Source: Klebsiella phage vB_KM5a1-KLB31 | Direction: 5' to 3' (one strand) | DNA length: 64,000 bases | Sequence record: PP582757.1 | Part shown: one piece after another, positions 23,458 to 33,483 of the stretch | Numbering within the stretch: the first letter of the stretch is position 1 | Layout: each line of letters opens with the position of its first letter | The notes under the pieces: generated by a model | What the model was told of the DNA's origin: nothing | Seen by the model: the letters and a program-made list of their open reading frames with translations, nothing else | Databases searched by the model: none | Translations under genes and position numbers: made by a program

Positions 23458-23847
23458 TTAGGCTGATGCCGACAACTGAACTCTGATTTGCTCTAAAGTA
23501 TCTGGGTCATCGACAATACTGAACTGAACTGTGACTATGACGGTGTTATCATCATAGATTGGAGTTACTTGGACCGTTAGACGTGAAATACGTGGTTCGA
23601 AGTTCCGCACAGCGGAAACAATATTTCTTTGAATTGTATCAGCAATTAATGGTGACATGTTTTCGAATAACTGGTCACTGATATCGCATCCAAAATCAGG
23701 CATAAAAGGGCGTGAACCCTTACGTGTGGTTATAATACCTAAAAGACTGTTTTTTACTGCTCGAGCACCAACAACCTTAGCAACGTCATGCTTCCAGTCT
23801 TGAGACATTTCGGGGCTTAAATCCGAATACATCAAATTGATATTCAT
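23458..23847 (-). CDS. 25: Baseplate wedge protein gp25
   Basis: 129 aa. SLLGIITTRKGSRPFMPDFGCDISDQLFENM and SAVRNFEPRI are nearly identical to T4 gp25. Confidence 0.9.
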   Translation of the reverse strand: MNINLMYSDLSPEMSQDWKHDVAKVVGARAVKNSLLGIITTRKGSRPFMPDFGCDISDQLFENMSPLIADTIQRNIVSAVRNFEPRISRLTVQVTPIYDDNTVIVTVQFSIVDDPDTLEQIRVQLSASA

Positions 23848-24476
23848 TATAACACCTTAAAGAACTCTTTAAGTCCCTTGATAACATGGACATGAGATTC
23901 GCCACACTCACAAGAGATAGGCACTGCCAACTGTATTTGAGGGCGTGTTAACATCAAAGATATACGTTCGATGTCTTCAGTTGTTATGGCCGCATAAAGG
24001 TCATCGATTTCAGCGTCTGAAAGATCGTCTACTGAAAGGGTGGTTCCGTCCGGGATAACAATGTATTCAATACATTCTGCTACCATTTGTGCTTTGTTCT
24101 TATCTTGGAATAAGCCTGGGTAACGGAATTTTACTTTGAATTCTTTAAATGAGTACAGAAGCTCTTCTGTTGAATCTACACTCGCATGCATAAGGTTAAT
24201 TGGGATAGGAATTTCTTTCCCACAGGCGCATTCCCAGGTACGTTCTACGTTAACTTCGCCTATAGAGTTAGCCCAAAGATTAACTAACAGAAGTTCACCT
24301 TCATGACGAGTCAAATCTTTTGCATCGGTACATTTTTTAATCAATGAAAGAATCTCATCTTCCATACGACCTTCTAATTTAGCTTGTAAAAGGTCTTTGT
24401 ATTCTCTTAGTGTGAACGCTCTGCACTGGATATCTGTTTTGCCGATGCGAGCAATAAATTTATATTCATTAGGCAT
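23847..24476 (-). CDS. 26: Baseplate hub subunit gp26
   Basis: 209 aa (T4 gp26 is 208 aa). ATGA-coupled to gene 25. Position 25-26 divergent from 51. Confidence 0.8.
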   Translation of the reverse strand: MPNEYKFIARIGKTDIQCRAFTLREYKDLLQAKLEGRMEDEILSLIKKCTDAKDLTRHEGELLLVNLWANSIGEVNVERTWECACGKEIPIPINLMHASVDSTEELLYSFKEFKVKFRYPGLFQDKNKAQMVAECIEYIVIPDGTTLSVDDLSDAEIDDLYAAITTEDIERISLMLTRPQIQLAVPISCECGESHVHVIKGLKEFFKVL

Positions 24477-24497
24477 AATTAGCTCCTCTTATATGAC

Positions 24498-24509
24498 TAT
24501 TTATAAATA
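24498..24509. promoter_or_regulatory. Palindromic bidirectional late promoter TATTTATAAATA serving gene 26 (-) and gene 51 (+)
   Basis: The 12-mer tatttataaata is its own reverse complement and contains TATAAATA on both strands. Confidence 0.45.
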
Positions 24510-24526
24510 CACGAAAGGAGATACTC

Positions 24527-25276
24527 ATGGCTAATATTATTCGTTGTAAAATGCCGGACGGTGTCCATCGTTTCAAGCCGTTTACAGTCGCAGACTATAG
24601 AGATTTTCTTTTGGTTCGAAATGATATGGGCAATAAGTCCGAAGAAGAACAAATCATTCTTTTAGATGAAATGCTTGAAGATTATTTCGGAGATTATCCG
24701 AAATCTTGGCGTCCATACATGTTCGTCCAGGTTTATTCCGGTTCGATAGGTAAAACAAAAATACCTGTTATGTATGAATGCAGCACTTGTGGTAAAAACA
24801 AACAGTTTTTATTTAACATGGCTCAAGATGAACTTAAAGCTCCTTCAATAGAAGTGGCAGGCCTTAAAATAGAATTTAACTTCCCGGATGAAATACTAGA
24901 AGACAAATCTGAAATGATTCTTTCTACCATAAAGTCGGTTGAAGATTCTAATGCAAAATACAGTTGGGCTTCATTATCCGAAGAAGAACAAGTCGCAGTA
25001 ATTGATGCCATTGATTTAGAATCCTTTGAGTCTCTTATGAAGCAGATGGCTCCAATTCGATTCGATATAAAGTTTGGATGTTGTCAGAAACGTCATATTG
25101 TTTACGAACGTTTCATCGACATTTTCAGATTATTACTGAACCCTGATGAAGTTTTTTCCTTCTATCAAGTAAACCATTTGCTGGTCAAAAATCATTACAA
25201 TTTAGAAAGTATTATGCAAATGATTCCTATTGAACGCAGTATTGCACTCTCACTAGTTGAAAAGGACCTTAAATGA
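24527..25276 (+). CDS. 51: Baseplate hub assembly catalyst gp51
   Basis: 249 aa, the same length as T4 gp51. Position 26/51-27. Confidence 0.75.
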   Translation: MANIIRCKMPDGVHRFKPFTVADYRDFLLVRNDMGNKSEEEQIILLDEMLEDYFGDYPKSWRPYMFVQVYSGSIGKTKIPVMYECSTCGKNKQFLFNMAQDELKAPSIEVAGLKIEFNFPDEILEDKSEMILSTIKSVEDSNAKYSWASLSEEEQVAVIDAIDLESFESLMKQMAPIRFDIKFGCCQKRHIVYERFIDIFRLLLNPDEVFSFYQVNHLLVKNHYNLESIMQMIPIERSIALSLVEKDLK

Positions 25277-26460
25277 GTAAGACTATTCAACGTGAAGGTT
25301 ATCCTAATATAAGCATCAAACTTTATCAAGACTATGATGCTTGGCTTGAACACCGATTTGTCGAGTTGGCTGCAACCTTTACTACATTAACAATGCGTGA
25401 TGGCCTTTACGGTCGCAATGAAGGCCTTCTTCAGTTTTATGATGCAAAGAACCTTCACACTAAAATGGATGGCGAACAGATTATTCAAATATCCGTAGGT
25501 AACGCTAATACTCAGCGTACTCAAACCAGGATATATGGATGCAAACACTTTTCAGTGAGTGTTGACTCTAAAGGTGATAACATAATCACAATCCAATTGG
25601 CAACCATTCATTCATTAGAAGATTTGAAGTTTAGTCGGATGTTCTTCCCTAGTGTTCAAGAAACACTGACAGAAATGATTGGTGTGATTTATCAAGACAG
25701 ACCTTTGATAGCTCCTCCTATAAATGGAATAAACGTTTATGTTCCTAACGTTCCATGGTGTGACAATATAAACCAATACATGAGCTTTGTTCGTGATATG
25801 GGTCTCGCCGTTGATTCAGACAAATTCGTATTTGTCTGGGAAGATATCGACGGGATTGAAATCATGGATTACGAAATGATGATAGCCCAAGAGCCTATTA
25901 ATTTCGTCGTCGGTGAACCACGACTCATTGGTCAATATGTTCAGGACCTTGAAACTCCTATTGCTTTTGATTTTGAATGGCTTGTAAAAGCTAACCAACA
26001 TTCACGTAAGCCGTATGAGAACGCTACTGTGTATGCACATAGTTTTCTTGATAAAAGTGCTACACGAGTTACATTTGGTGAAGGACAAAACAGTATTCTG
26101 GTTTCTCGCTCCGGTGCTTATTCTGAAGCAACATATCGAAATGGTTTTGAAGAGGCCCAACGATTAATTACTATGACACAATATGATGGGTATGCTCATT
26201 GTAAGACGTTTGGTAATTTTGAATTGACTCCTGGCGATAAGATTAACTTCTATGACCCTAAGAACCAATTCCAGTACGATTTTTACGTAGATGAAGTTAT
26301 TCACGAGATGAGTAACAACACGTCTATAACGAACTTATACATGTTTACAAACGGCAAGGCAATTAAAGTCGAAGAGCCGCCTAAGGTTAAAAATGAACTT
26401 AAAACTTATTCTCCCGATCAAGAAAATAACGATGAAGGGGAAGACGGTCAGTCTTCCTAA
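25273..26460 (+). CDS. 27: Baseplate hub subunit gp27
   Basis: 395 aa. [49 protein letters not shown] resembles the T4 gp27 N-terminus. Confidence 0.85.
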   Translation: MSKTIQREGYPNISIKLYQDYDAWLEHRFVELAATFTTLTMRDGLYGRNEGLLQFYDAKNLHTKMDGEQIIQISVGNANTQRTQTRIYGCKHFSVSVDSKGDNIITIQLATIHSLEDLKFSRMFFPSVQETLTEMIGVIYQDRPLIAPPINGINVYVPNVPWCDNINQYMSFVRDMGLAVDSDKFVFVWEDIDGIEIMDYEMMIAQEPINFVVGEPRLIGQYVQDLETPIAFDFEWLVKANQHSRKPYENATVYAHSFLDKSATRVTFGEGQNSILVSRSGAYSEATYRNGFEEAQRLITMTQYDGYAHCKTFGNFELTPGDKINFYDPKNQFQYDFYVDEVIHEMSNNTSITNLYMFTNGKAIKVEEPPKVKNELKTYSPDQENNDEGEDGQSS

Positions 26461-26917
26461 GCTTGGTCTTAAACACCACAATATGGTAAAAGATGAGAAG
26501 AACCCCTTAGTGGCTCTTAAAACTATAATGAATTCGATTCATCCTGGATTGAATGCAGCCGAAACCGACTTCATTAGTTTGCATCTTTTAGAATTCAATA
26601 ACAAATTAAAAAGTGAAGTCACTAAAGATGGGTTCACTTATAAATTAGACGATGTTTATATTTGCCAAAGGCTTGAGTTCCAATTTGGTGGTAAAGAATA
26701 CAAGTTTCGTTCACATGAGCCATTTGAACAATTTGGTCCTGTTGATGACGTACTGAAAACTCTTTATCTTGGTGATGATATACCAGATTTTCTGGATATG
26801 CCGGCCTTTGTTTCTAAATGGGCCGACGACATAACTAGCACAGTAGCTATTCCAGGTCCTAATGGTCCTATTAAAGGAATGCTCCAGATTATGGACCTAT
26901 TAAATGAAGAAAAATAA
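26393..26917 (+). CDS. 28: Baseplate hub distal subunit gp28 (start uncertain: 26393 or 26432)
   Basis: 174 aa from 26393 (T4 gp28 is 177 aa). Overlaps the gene 27 end. Confidence 0.65.
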   Translation: MNLKLILPIKKITMKGKTVSLPKLGLKHHNMVKDEKNPLVALKTIMNSIHPGLNAAETDFISLHLLEFNNKLKSEVTKDGFTYKLDDVYICQRLEFQFGGKEYKFRSHEPFEQFGPVDDVLKTLYLGDDIPDFLDMPAFVSKWADDITSTVAIPGPNGPIKGMLQIMDLLNEEK

Positions 26918-28670
26918 TTCCGAATCACAGAGCTTCCGTCGTAAGAAGCTCATTGAAGATATGGCGCCTCAACGTCGTGCTGAGGCCCTGGCGTCTTCTC
27001 AAAATGAAGAGCTAAGTAACATTGCCGATCAGATGAAAGACGCCCAGGCGGCGTCTGAGATGACTGCAGAGGCTATTGAGAACAAAGGCAACCAGATTAT
27101 AGGTTCTTTGAATAATCTGGATAAAAGCATTAAAGACGTAGTCGCCGGTACGGAAATAACGTCCGAAGCAGTAGAACGTGTAGCCGTTAATACCCAAGCA
27201 ACGACCGGAGCAGCAAGAGCAATTTCCGCAAAGATTTCTAAGCTGACCGATATGCTTGCGGAGAAATTGTCTAGTGAGGTTAAAAAATCTCCTAGCACTC
27301 AAGAAACAACCACTTTAGCCGCTCTTCAAGAAGCTATGCCTATTCAGGTTGAACAACCTAAATTGGAAGAACTTATAGCTCAATTGATACCACAAGGTCC
27401 TATTCCAGAAGATGCCCCTTTCTTACCACCTCCGACGACTCCACAGGAAGAAACGGAAAATAAGAAAGACAAGGATAAAAAGACCGATGATGCCGGCTTT
27501 AAAATGGATGACCTCCTTAAAATAACTAAAGGCGGTTTTAAGGCTGTTGTTTCTGTTTCTGATAAAATTGCTAGTATGCTTTTCAAATATACTGTGACGG
27601 CTTTAGCTAATGCAGCTAAATTTGCTGCCCAGATGTTTGCATTAGTCCTTGGTATCGACATGATTCAAGTCTACTTCCAGTATTTCATGAAGCAATTTGA
27701 AGCCGGATGGAAAGACTTCAATGACAAATTCAAGGAATGGGGACCAATTCTAGAAGGCTTAATGACCTTTGCTAAAAATGCCCAGACGATGTTCAGTGAG
27801 AAAAACTGGATTGGATTGGCTACTGCAATAGTTAAAGGAATGGTATCGCTGACAGAAAATATGGCAAATCTTTTAATGTTAGGCATCGGCAAATTAACTG
27901 CCGCCATGCTCCGTGCATTAGGTTTTAATGATGCAGCCGATAATGTTGAAGGTTCATCTTTAATGACGTATCAGCAGAAAACTGGTGCCACATTAGATGA
28001 CCAGGACCAGACAACTTTGGCTAAATACCAAGACCGTAAAGATGCTGAAGCATTTGAAGCTAAAAAGGACATGGACAAACGCTTTAAAGGTAAAGACAAA
28101 GGACTTGCCGTAGCCGAGCAATACGGAACTGTTTCAAAAGAAACAGCCGAAGAAATTCGTTCAGGTGGAATCGATTCTACATTCCGTGATATGCCAGAAG
28201 AGCAACGTCTCGACATAATCAAAAAGCGTAATAATGCCCAGGCTGATATTATTCGTCTGACTAAAACGGCCGAAGATATTATGAAGCCTGATGCAGTCGA
28301 TAAGAAAAATGCTAAAGAGTCTTATGATGATATTCAAAAACAACTTAATGACCCTGCATTAAAGGCCGCTCCTAAAGATTTAAATATGGAACAGCTTATC
28401 GATAAAATGAACAAATCACTTGAGAAATTTAATGACCAACCGGCATTAAAACCTCAGCCGATAGAACAACGTGAAGAAACCCAACAGGCTAAACGCGTTG
28501 ATGAAGGTTTGAAAGCTAAAGCTTCTTCAGTAAATACTCCGGCTGGTACAGGTTTACAAAATCTGGTCCAGCAAGTGAACGTTCAGAAAAATAGTAAAAC
28601 CCAGTACAACGTGCCACCACAATCAGCTACACCTGCTCCTGGTATGCACGGTGCTACTCGAGTTAATTAA
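26904..28670 (+). CDS. 29: Baseplate hub / tail-length determinator gp29
   Basis: 588 aa (T4 gp29 is 590 aa). Position 28-29-48. Confidence 0.8.
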   Translation: MKKNNSESQSFRRKKLIEDMAPQRRAEALASSQNEELSNIADQMKDAQAASEMTAEAIENKGNQIIGSLNNLDKSIKDVVAGTEITSEAVERVAVNTQATTGAARAISAKISKLTDMLAEKLSSEVKKSPSTQETTTLAALQEAMPIQVEQPKLEELIAQLIPQGPIPEDAPFLPPPTTPQEETENKKDKDKKTDDAGFKMDDLLKITKGGFKAVVSVSDKIASMLFKYTVTALANAAKFAAQMFALVLGIDMIQVYFQYFMKQFEAGWKDFNDKFKEWGPILEGLMTFAKNAQTMFSEKNWIGLATAIVKGMVSLTENMANLLMLGIGKLTAAMLRALGFNDAADNVEGSSLMTYQQKTGATLDDQDQTTLAKYQDRKDAEAFEAKKDMDKRFKGKDKGLAVAEQYGTVSKETAEEIRSGGIDSTFRDMPEEQRLDIIKKRNNAQADIIRLTKTAEDIMKPDAVDKKNAKESYDDIQKQLNDPALKAAPKDLNMEQLIDKMNKSLEKFNDQPALKPQPIEQREETQQAKRVDEGLKAKASSVNTPAGTGLQNLVQQVNVQKNSKTQYNVPPQSATPAPGMHGATRVN

Positions 28671-28678
28671 GGAATAAC

Positions 28679-29746
28679 ATGCAGATTAAAGAACTAACTG
28701 GTGAAGATGTTTGGAATACATGGAAAGGCGGAGAATCGGTCTCCGCTGGCCAATCCAAAATGAAAAGCACCCAGAAAACAATTAGCGCTCAATACCCAGC
28801 CGAACGTGCTGCCGGTAATGATAACACTCTGGACCTGCGTGTTAACGATCTTTATAAGAATGGGCTGTTATTTACAGCCTATGACTATTCTGCTCGAACT
28901 ACGCCAGATATGCGTTCATTACGTGAGCAGTTCCAAAAAGGTGTATTAAAAGGTGGTTTTAACCCACTTAAGAAATTTATTGCCGGTTCATATAACACAG
29001 ACAATTTTGATTCTACTCCGGTTGCGAACCTTTTACTTCCGAGGTCTAAATCTGACGTTGAATCGGTTTCCCATAAATTCAACGATGTTGGCGAATCACT
29101 TATTTCACGCGGCGGCGGTACTGCAACAGGTGTTTTAAGTAACTTGGCTTCTCATGCTGTATTCGGTGCCCTTGAATCCATGACTAATGGTGTAATGGCC
29201 GATGCTGGAGAACAAATTTATACTACGGCACGAAGCATGTACGCAGGTCCTGATAACCGTACTAAAGTATTTACTTGGGAAATGACTCCACGTAATGTAC
29301 AGGACCTTATTCAAATCATCAAAATTTATGAAGTGTTTAACTATTATTCTTATGGTGAAACAGGCAACAGTGCTATGGCTTCTGAACTTAAAGAACAAAT
29401 AGACACTTGGTATAAGTCTACATTCTTTAAAAAGGAAGCTATTGATTCATTTGAAGGAACTACAGCTGGTGAAGCTATTACTAGTTTCCTTTCAAACGTA
29501 ATTGTCGTAAGCAACCCGACTGTATGGTTTATTCGCAACTTTGGTCAGACAAGTTCATTTGATGGACGAGCCGACGTATTTGGCCCTTGTCAAATACAAA
29601 GTGTTCGATTTGATAAATCTCCGGATGGTCATTTTACGGGTCTTGCCGTAGCGCCTAACTTGCCGAGTACGTTTGTTCTGGAAATTACTTTCCGTGAAAT
29701 CCTGACACTGAACCGTGGCTCACTTTATTTGGGTGGTATTCAATAA
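28679..29746 (+). CDS. 48: Baseplate tail tube cap gp48
   Basis: 355 aa. Synteny 29-48-54. Confidence 0.8.
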   Translation: MQIKELTGEDVWNTWKGGESVSAGQSKMKSTQKTISAQYPAERAAGNDNTLDLRVNDLYKNGLLFTAYDYSARTTPDMRSLREQFQKGVLKGGFNPLKKFIAGSYNTDNFDSTPVANLLLPRSKSDVESVSHKFNDVGESLISRGGGTATGVLSNLASHAVFGALESMTNGVMADAGEQIYTTARSMYAGPDNRTKVFTWEMTPRNVQDLIQIIKIYEVFNYYSYGETGNSAMASELKEQIDTWYKSTFFKKEAIDSFEGTTAGEAITSFLSNVIVVSNPTVWFIRNFGQTSSFDGRADVFGPCQIQSVRFDKSPDGHFTGLAVAPNLPSTFVLEITFREILTLNRGSLYLGGIQ

Positions 29747-30708
29747 TGTTTACATTACAGGAATTTCAAAACCAAGCGGCGAATATAGACTTTCAGCGTA
29801 ATAACTTATTCAGTGTGGTCTTTGCGACCACACCTTCTTCTAAATCTCAGGCATTACTTGACCAGTTTGGTGGAGCATTATTTAACAATTTGCCATTAGA
29901 CACCGACTGGTTCGGTATTACTCAAGGTGAAGTGACTCAAGGTATTACTACACTGATTACGGCGGGTACACAACAGCTTATTCGTAAATCAGGTGTAAGT
30001 AAATATTTGATTGGGGCAATGAGCAACCGTGTTGTTCAAAGTTTATTAGGCGAGTTTGAAGTCGGGACTTATTTGATTGACTTCTTCAATATGGCTTATC
30101 CTACTGCCGGATTATTAGTTCATACGGTTAAAGTTCCTGACAACCAATTGAACTATGAAATGGACTTGAACCATAACGCCCCGAACATTAAAATAACAGG
30201 TCGTGAATACGCTCCGTTTATTTTAAGTTTCCGTATGGATTCAGAAGCGGCAAACTATCGTGCATTCAATGATTGGGTTAACGCAGTCCAAGACCCAGTG
30301 ACAGGTCTTCGTGCTTTACCTGAAGACGTCGAAGCCGATATCCAAGTTAACTTACACGCACGTAATGGTTTACCACATACCGTAGTAATGATGCAAGGAT
30401 GTGTCCCTGTGGGCGTCAGCGCGCCCGAGCTCAGTTATGATGGTGATAATCAGATTGCTACGTTCGATGTGACCTTCGCATACAGAGTGATGTCTACCGG
30501 CGCCGTAGGTGAACAAGCAGCATACGACTGGTTAGAAGATAAAGCTATCAACGTCATCAACAAAATAAATCCTATGCAATCACTTTCACAAGAAGTTGCA
30601 AGATTAAGTCGTTTGTCGGGTGCTCAGAGTGGAATGAGAAACTTACTGAATGGATTTGGCAGTGGTGGCTTGACAGGGGTTGTATCTGGCGGTGGCAGGA
30701 TATTATAA
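29746..30708 (+). CDS. 54: Baseplate tail tube initiator gp54
   Basis: 320 aa, the same length as T4 gp54. ATGA-coupled to gene 48. Confidence 0.85.
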   Translation: MFTLQEFQNQAANIDFQRNNLFSVVFATTPSSKSQALLDQFGGALFNNLPLDTDWFGITQGEVTQGITTLITAGTQQLIRKSGVSKYLIGAMSNRVVQSLLGEFEVGTYLIDFFNMAYPTAGLLVHTVKVPDNQLNYEMDLNHNAPNIKITGREYAPFILSFRMDSEAANYRAFNDWVNAVQDPVTGLRALPEDVEADIQVNLHARNGLPHTVVMMQGCVPVGVSAPELSYDGDNQIATFDVTFAYRVMSTGAVGEQAAYDWLEDKAINVINKINPMQSLSQEVARLSRLSGAQSGMRNLLNGFGSGGLTGVVSGGGRIL

Positions 30709-30710
30709 CG

Positions 30711-30738
30711 AAAAAAGGGAGAGCGTTTGCTCTCCCTT
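30711..30738. terminator. Bidirectional terminator between gene 54 (+) and the alt-downstream ORF (-): GGGAGAGC-GUUU-GCUCUCCC
   Basis: aaaaaagggagagcgtttgctctccctt. Confidence 0.6.
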
Positions 30739-30744
30739 AGGGGT

Positions 30745-31074
30745 TTATTTACGGAAGCCTAAGAATGCAGGCACAACCATATCTGCATCAGGCAATTCAG
30801 CTTCTGATTCAAATTCTTCCATCGGTTTGGCATTGAAGAAAACAGAAATATTAACAGGCGCTTCACTTTCGAATTGACCTGTGATAATACCAGTAAAGAT
30901 ATTATCAGTCTGCGCTTCATTAATGAAGTTTGCTGCTGGTCTGATGTTGAACTGAGCTTTTTCACCAAACACCTTACGAAGTTCAGTAATCAGCATTTCG
31001 TTAAAAGCTGGTTCCACGATACGAACGTTGTCCATGGAAGTTTCAGTGCCGTTAAAACGAATGAATGAACGCAT
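30745..31074 (-). CDS. Hypothetical protein downstream of alt
   Basis: 109 aa. GAGGA Shine-Dalgarno. Has its own early-type promoter just upstream. Confidence 0.5.
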   Translation of the reverse strand: MRSFIRFNGTETSMDNVRIVEPAFNEMLITELRKVFGEKAQFNIRPAANFINEAQTDNIFTGIITGQFESEAPVNISVFFNAKPMEEFESEAELPDADMVVPAFLGFRK

Positions 31075-31094
31075 TTTGATATCCTCACTTGTGA

Positions 31095-31130
31095 TTGAGA
31101 TTACATCATAACACGTTCATTCGGCGTTGT
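31095..31130 (-). promoter_or_regulatory. T4-type early promoter (minus strand: GTTTAC-N17-TATGAT)
   Basis: rc: GTTTACAacgccgaatgaacgtgtTATGATgtaatctcaatcac. Member of the repeated promoter/leader cassette. Confidence 0.45.
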
Positions 31131-31133
31131 AAA

Positions 31134-33239
31134 CTACCCTTCAATAAACTTAGGTGGAGTGTCATCTGGGTCAATAAAGGACGCTAATAGACCAAGTGCT
31201 TCGCGTTTAGCTGCGGCATCATAACCAGAAGAACTAAATGAAGCAAAGCTTACAGGAGCATCCGAATCATCAGTACTGTCCATTGTTACCAGTTCACCAC
31301 TTTCTAGAAGAGCATCGCCATCATAGACTACCATGGATTCGTTCAGAGCATCAGAAGTCATGACTTCCGCCTGGATGAATTTCTGGTTATTGTATTCCAT
31401 GCCATCATTATAAGAAGCATCAGTGATTTTGTTAATCTGGACCATAGTACCACGCGGGAGAATGATTTCCATTTCACCGCCCATATTACTGATATCGCCA
31501 GGATAAACAACGTTAATCTTCTCTGCACCACTAATAGCCCAACCTACCATCATACGAACAACTTCTTCGCCTTTCAACTCGACAACATCAGCCATGATAG
31601 ATGGGACAATAGCTTCTTCGTCATTCTTATCAATGTTAAGAACATTACGAGTATTATCTGACGCCATACCAACGCCAAGATTACCTTTCCAACCACCAAA
31701 GATAATAGGCATCAAAGAAGTTGAAACAAAGTTCCTGAAATAGAATACACGGTTTTTAACCATTGCTTCGTAAATAGGCTTACGAATCGACTGTGCACGC
31801 CATAAGGTAAGACCTTCAGGAATACGATCACCTTTCTTAAATGCATCATCAAGGTTTTTAATAGCAGTGGTTACTTCTTTTTCATTTAATGTATCTTGAG
31901 TAGCATCAGAGAAACGACCTAAGAGCATGTTATTGATGTCATGATAACCAGAGCCGCAATATTCTTTAATACCACGTTTTTCAGCCGGAGTATATTGCTT
32001 AGGCGTACGCATCAAAGTAACTTGATGAATTGTGGATGATACGTTTTTAGCATAACCTTGAAGTAAGTTCTTAATGAAGTTAGTTCTCTTCATGTTCCAC
32101 AGTTTAGTAACTTGGGCTTCTTTTTCTTCTTGAGAACCGAACCAACCACCGTCTTTATATTGCTTATCAAAGAAAGTGACTTTGTGTTCTTCTAGCTTAT
32201 CAAGAGCAGTTTGTATAAATGCCTGCATACTTTCTACAGAAGTCAGGTTATTATTGCCAATACGATTTTCAAGTTCTTTGGCAATAGCACCTTCAAGTTT
32301 CTCCATCTTAGCAGGAGAAATTTTTACCATATCTGAAATACGCCATGATATGCCGGAAGCAGCTAAAGCCGCAGACTGATTTCGAGAAGCTTTAGATGTA
32401 ATGCTAGTTAAGATTTCACCTGCTTCAGGAATAATTTCCGCTGTAGCCGGTTTACTGAATTCAGCCGCACTTTCTTCATATTCTTCGAATTTAGCCGGGT
32501 TATGAATGATATCAGAAGTCAATGACTGGCTTGCTGCAATCTGACGACGAGAAATCTTAGTACGAGAAATAACAGAACGGTCTGAACGTTTTTCTTCTAC
32601 GGCTGCAATAGAACCAGCAATAGCAGTTTCTTTAGTTACCTGTTGTCCGTCTTTTTTGTTTACATAAACTTCGCCGACTTCAGAATCAACTTTGGTATAG
32701 ATGTCCGGGTTAATTCCAGGCATGCCATTGATATCTTCAATCTGAGCATTCTTACGAACAACCAGAATGTAAGTATGTTTGCCAGTGAAATTATACAGAG
32801 CAGGAACAACTTTAAACTTACCACCAGTTTTCTGCATAACCAGACGTTGAATAACACGTTGGACCACAGGACCTTGGCCTTTCATTTTCTTAGTAGGGAA
32901 GCGGAACATTACTGCATCCATACGGAATTTCTTGACCTGTGCATAGACAGTTTCAAAGATGGTATTAATTGAGTCGATAGGGCTCACACCTAACCCACCT
33001 TTCAATTCTGCCGGAGTACCCTTAGCAGATAATGACATCAGGATAACGTGGGCATATTTATCGCCGGCCTTAACCTGTTTAATTGCATCACCTTCAGACG
33101 TATATGAAACCATACGAGCGACGAGATTGCTTTCATCATTACCAATCTTCCAGATTTGCGGCACTTTTAATTTTGGATTCAAGTTCACGACAGCCAGTGT
33201 GCCTTCGCTGTCAAAAACTTCATTCAATTGTTCAGACAT
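31134..33239 (-). CDS. alt: Alt-like ADP-ribosyltransferase (virion-packaged, modifies host RNA polymerase)
   Basis: 701 aa (T4 Alt is 682 aa). Position between gene 54 and the ligase gene. C-terminal ART-like region (R...STS...E pattern: FYFRNFVSTSLMP). A late-promoter-like CATAAATA and AAGAGGAAC Shine-Dalgarno lie upstream. Confidence 0.8.
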   Translation of the reverse strand: MSEQLNEVFDSEGTLAVVNLNPKLKVPQIWKIGNDESNLVARMVSYTSEGDAIKQVKAGDKYAHVILMSLSAKGTPAELKGGLGVSPIDSINTIFETVYAQVKKFRMDAVMFRFPTKKMKGQGPVVQRVIQRLVMQKTGGKFKVVPALYNFTGKHTYILVVRKNAQIEDINGMPGINPDIYTKVDSEVGEVYVNKKDGQQVTKETAIAGSIAAVEEKRSDRSVISRTKISRRQIAASQSLTSDIIHNPAKFEEYEESAAEFSKPATAEIIPEAGEILTSITSKASRNQSAALAASGISWRISDMVKISPAKMEKLEGAIAKELENRIGNNNLTSVESMQAFIQTALDKLEEHKVTFFDKQYKDGGWFGSQEEKEAQVTKLWNMKRTNFIKNLLQGYAKNVSSTIHQVTLMRTPKQYTPAEKRGIKEYCGSGYHDINNMLLGRFSDATQDTLNEKEVTTAIKNLDDAFKKGDRIPEGLTLWRAQSIRKPIYEAMVKNRVFYFRNFVSTSLMPIIFGGWKGNLGVGMASDNTRNVLNIDKNDEEAIVPSIMADVVELKGEEVVRMMVGWAISGAEKINVVYPGDISNMGGEMEIILPRGTMVQINKITDASYNDGMEYNNQKFIQAEVMTSDALNESMVVYDGDALLESGELVTMDSTDDSDAPVSFASFSSSGYDAAAKREALGLLASFIDPDDTPPKFIEG

Positions 33240-33274
33240 AATAGTTCCTCTTATAGTTGTCTGTATTTATGCCC

Positions 33275-33298
33275 AAAAGGAGCCCGAAGGCTCCTTGT
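33275..33298 (-). terminator. Hairpin-terminator upstream of alt (minus strand: AAGGAGCC-UUCG-GGCUCCUUUU)
   Basis: Plus strand is aaaaggagcccgaaggctccttgtt. Confidence 0.5.
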
Positions 33299-33483
33299 TA
33301 CCAAAGTGGTAATAATGTACGATACACTTCAAAGCCTGGAGCTTTTTCATGAGCATCGAATGATGCATTAAAATTGTCCCATTGGGACCAATCTTCGAAC
33401 TCGAGAATAATCTGAGAACAAGAAGTAGAGATATCTCCACCTTCTTTACGAGCAATTACAACTGTTTCAAGATATGCTTTCAT
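33298..33483 (-). CDS. Small hypothetical protein, ATGA-coupled to the ligase stop
   Basis: 61 aa from the ATG at 33483. The ligase TGA stop overlaps this ATG. Confidence 0.4.
   Translation of the reverse strand: MKAYLETVVIARKEGGDISTSCSQIILEFEDWSQWDNFNASFDAHEKAPGFEVYRTLLPLW

Noticed and set aside
27012-28343. Several minus-strand ORFs (27012-27302, 27380-27661, 27671-27907, 27971-28222, 28161-28343) inside gene 29
   Set aside because: All are nested antisense in a conserved baseplate gene.
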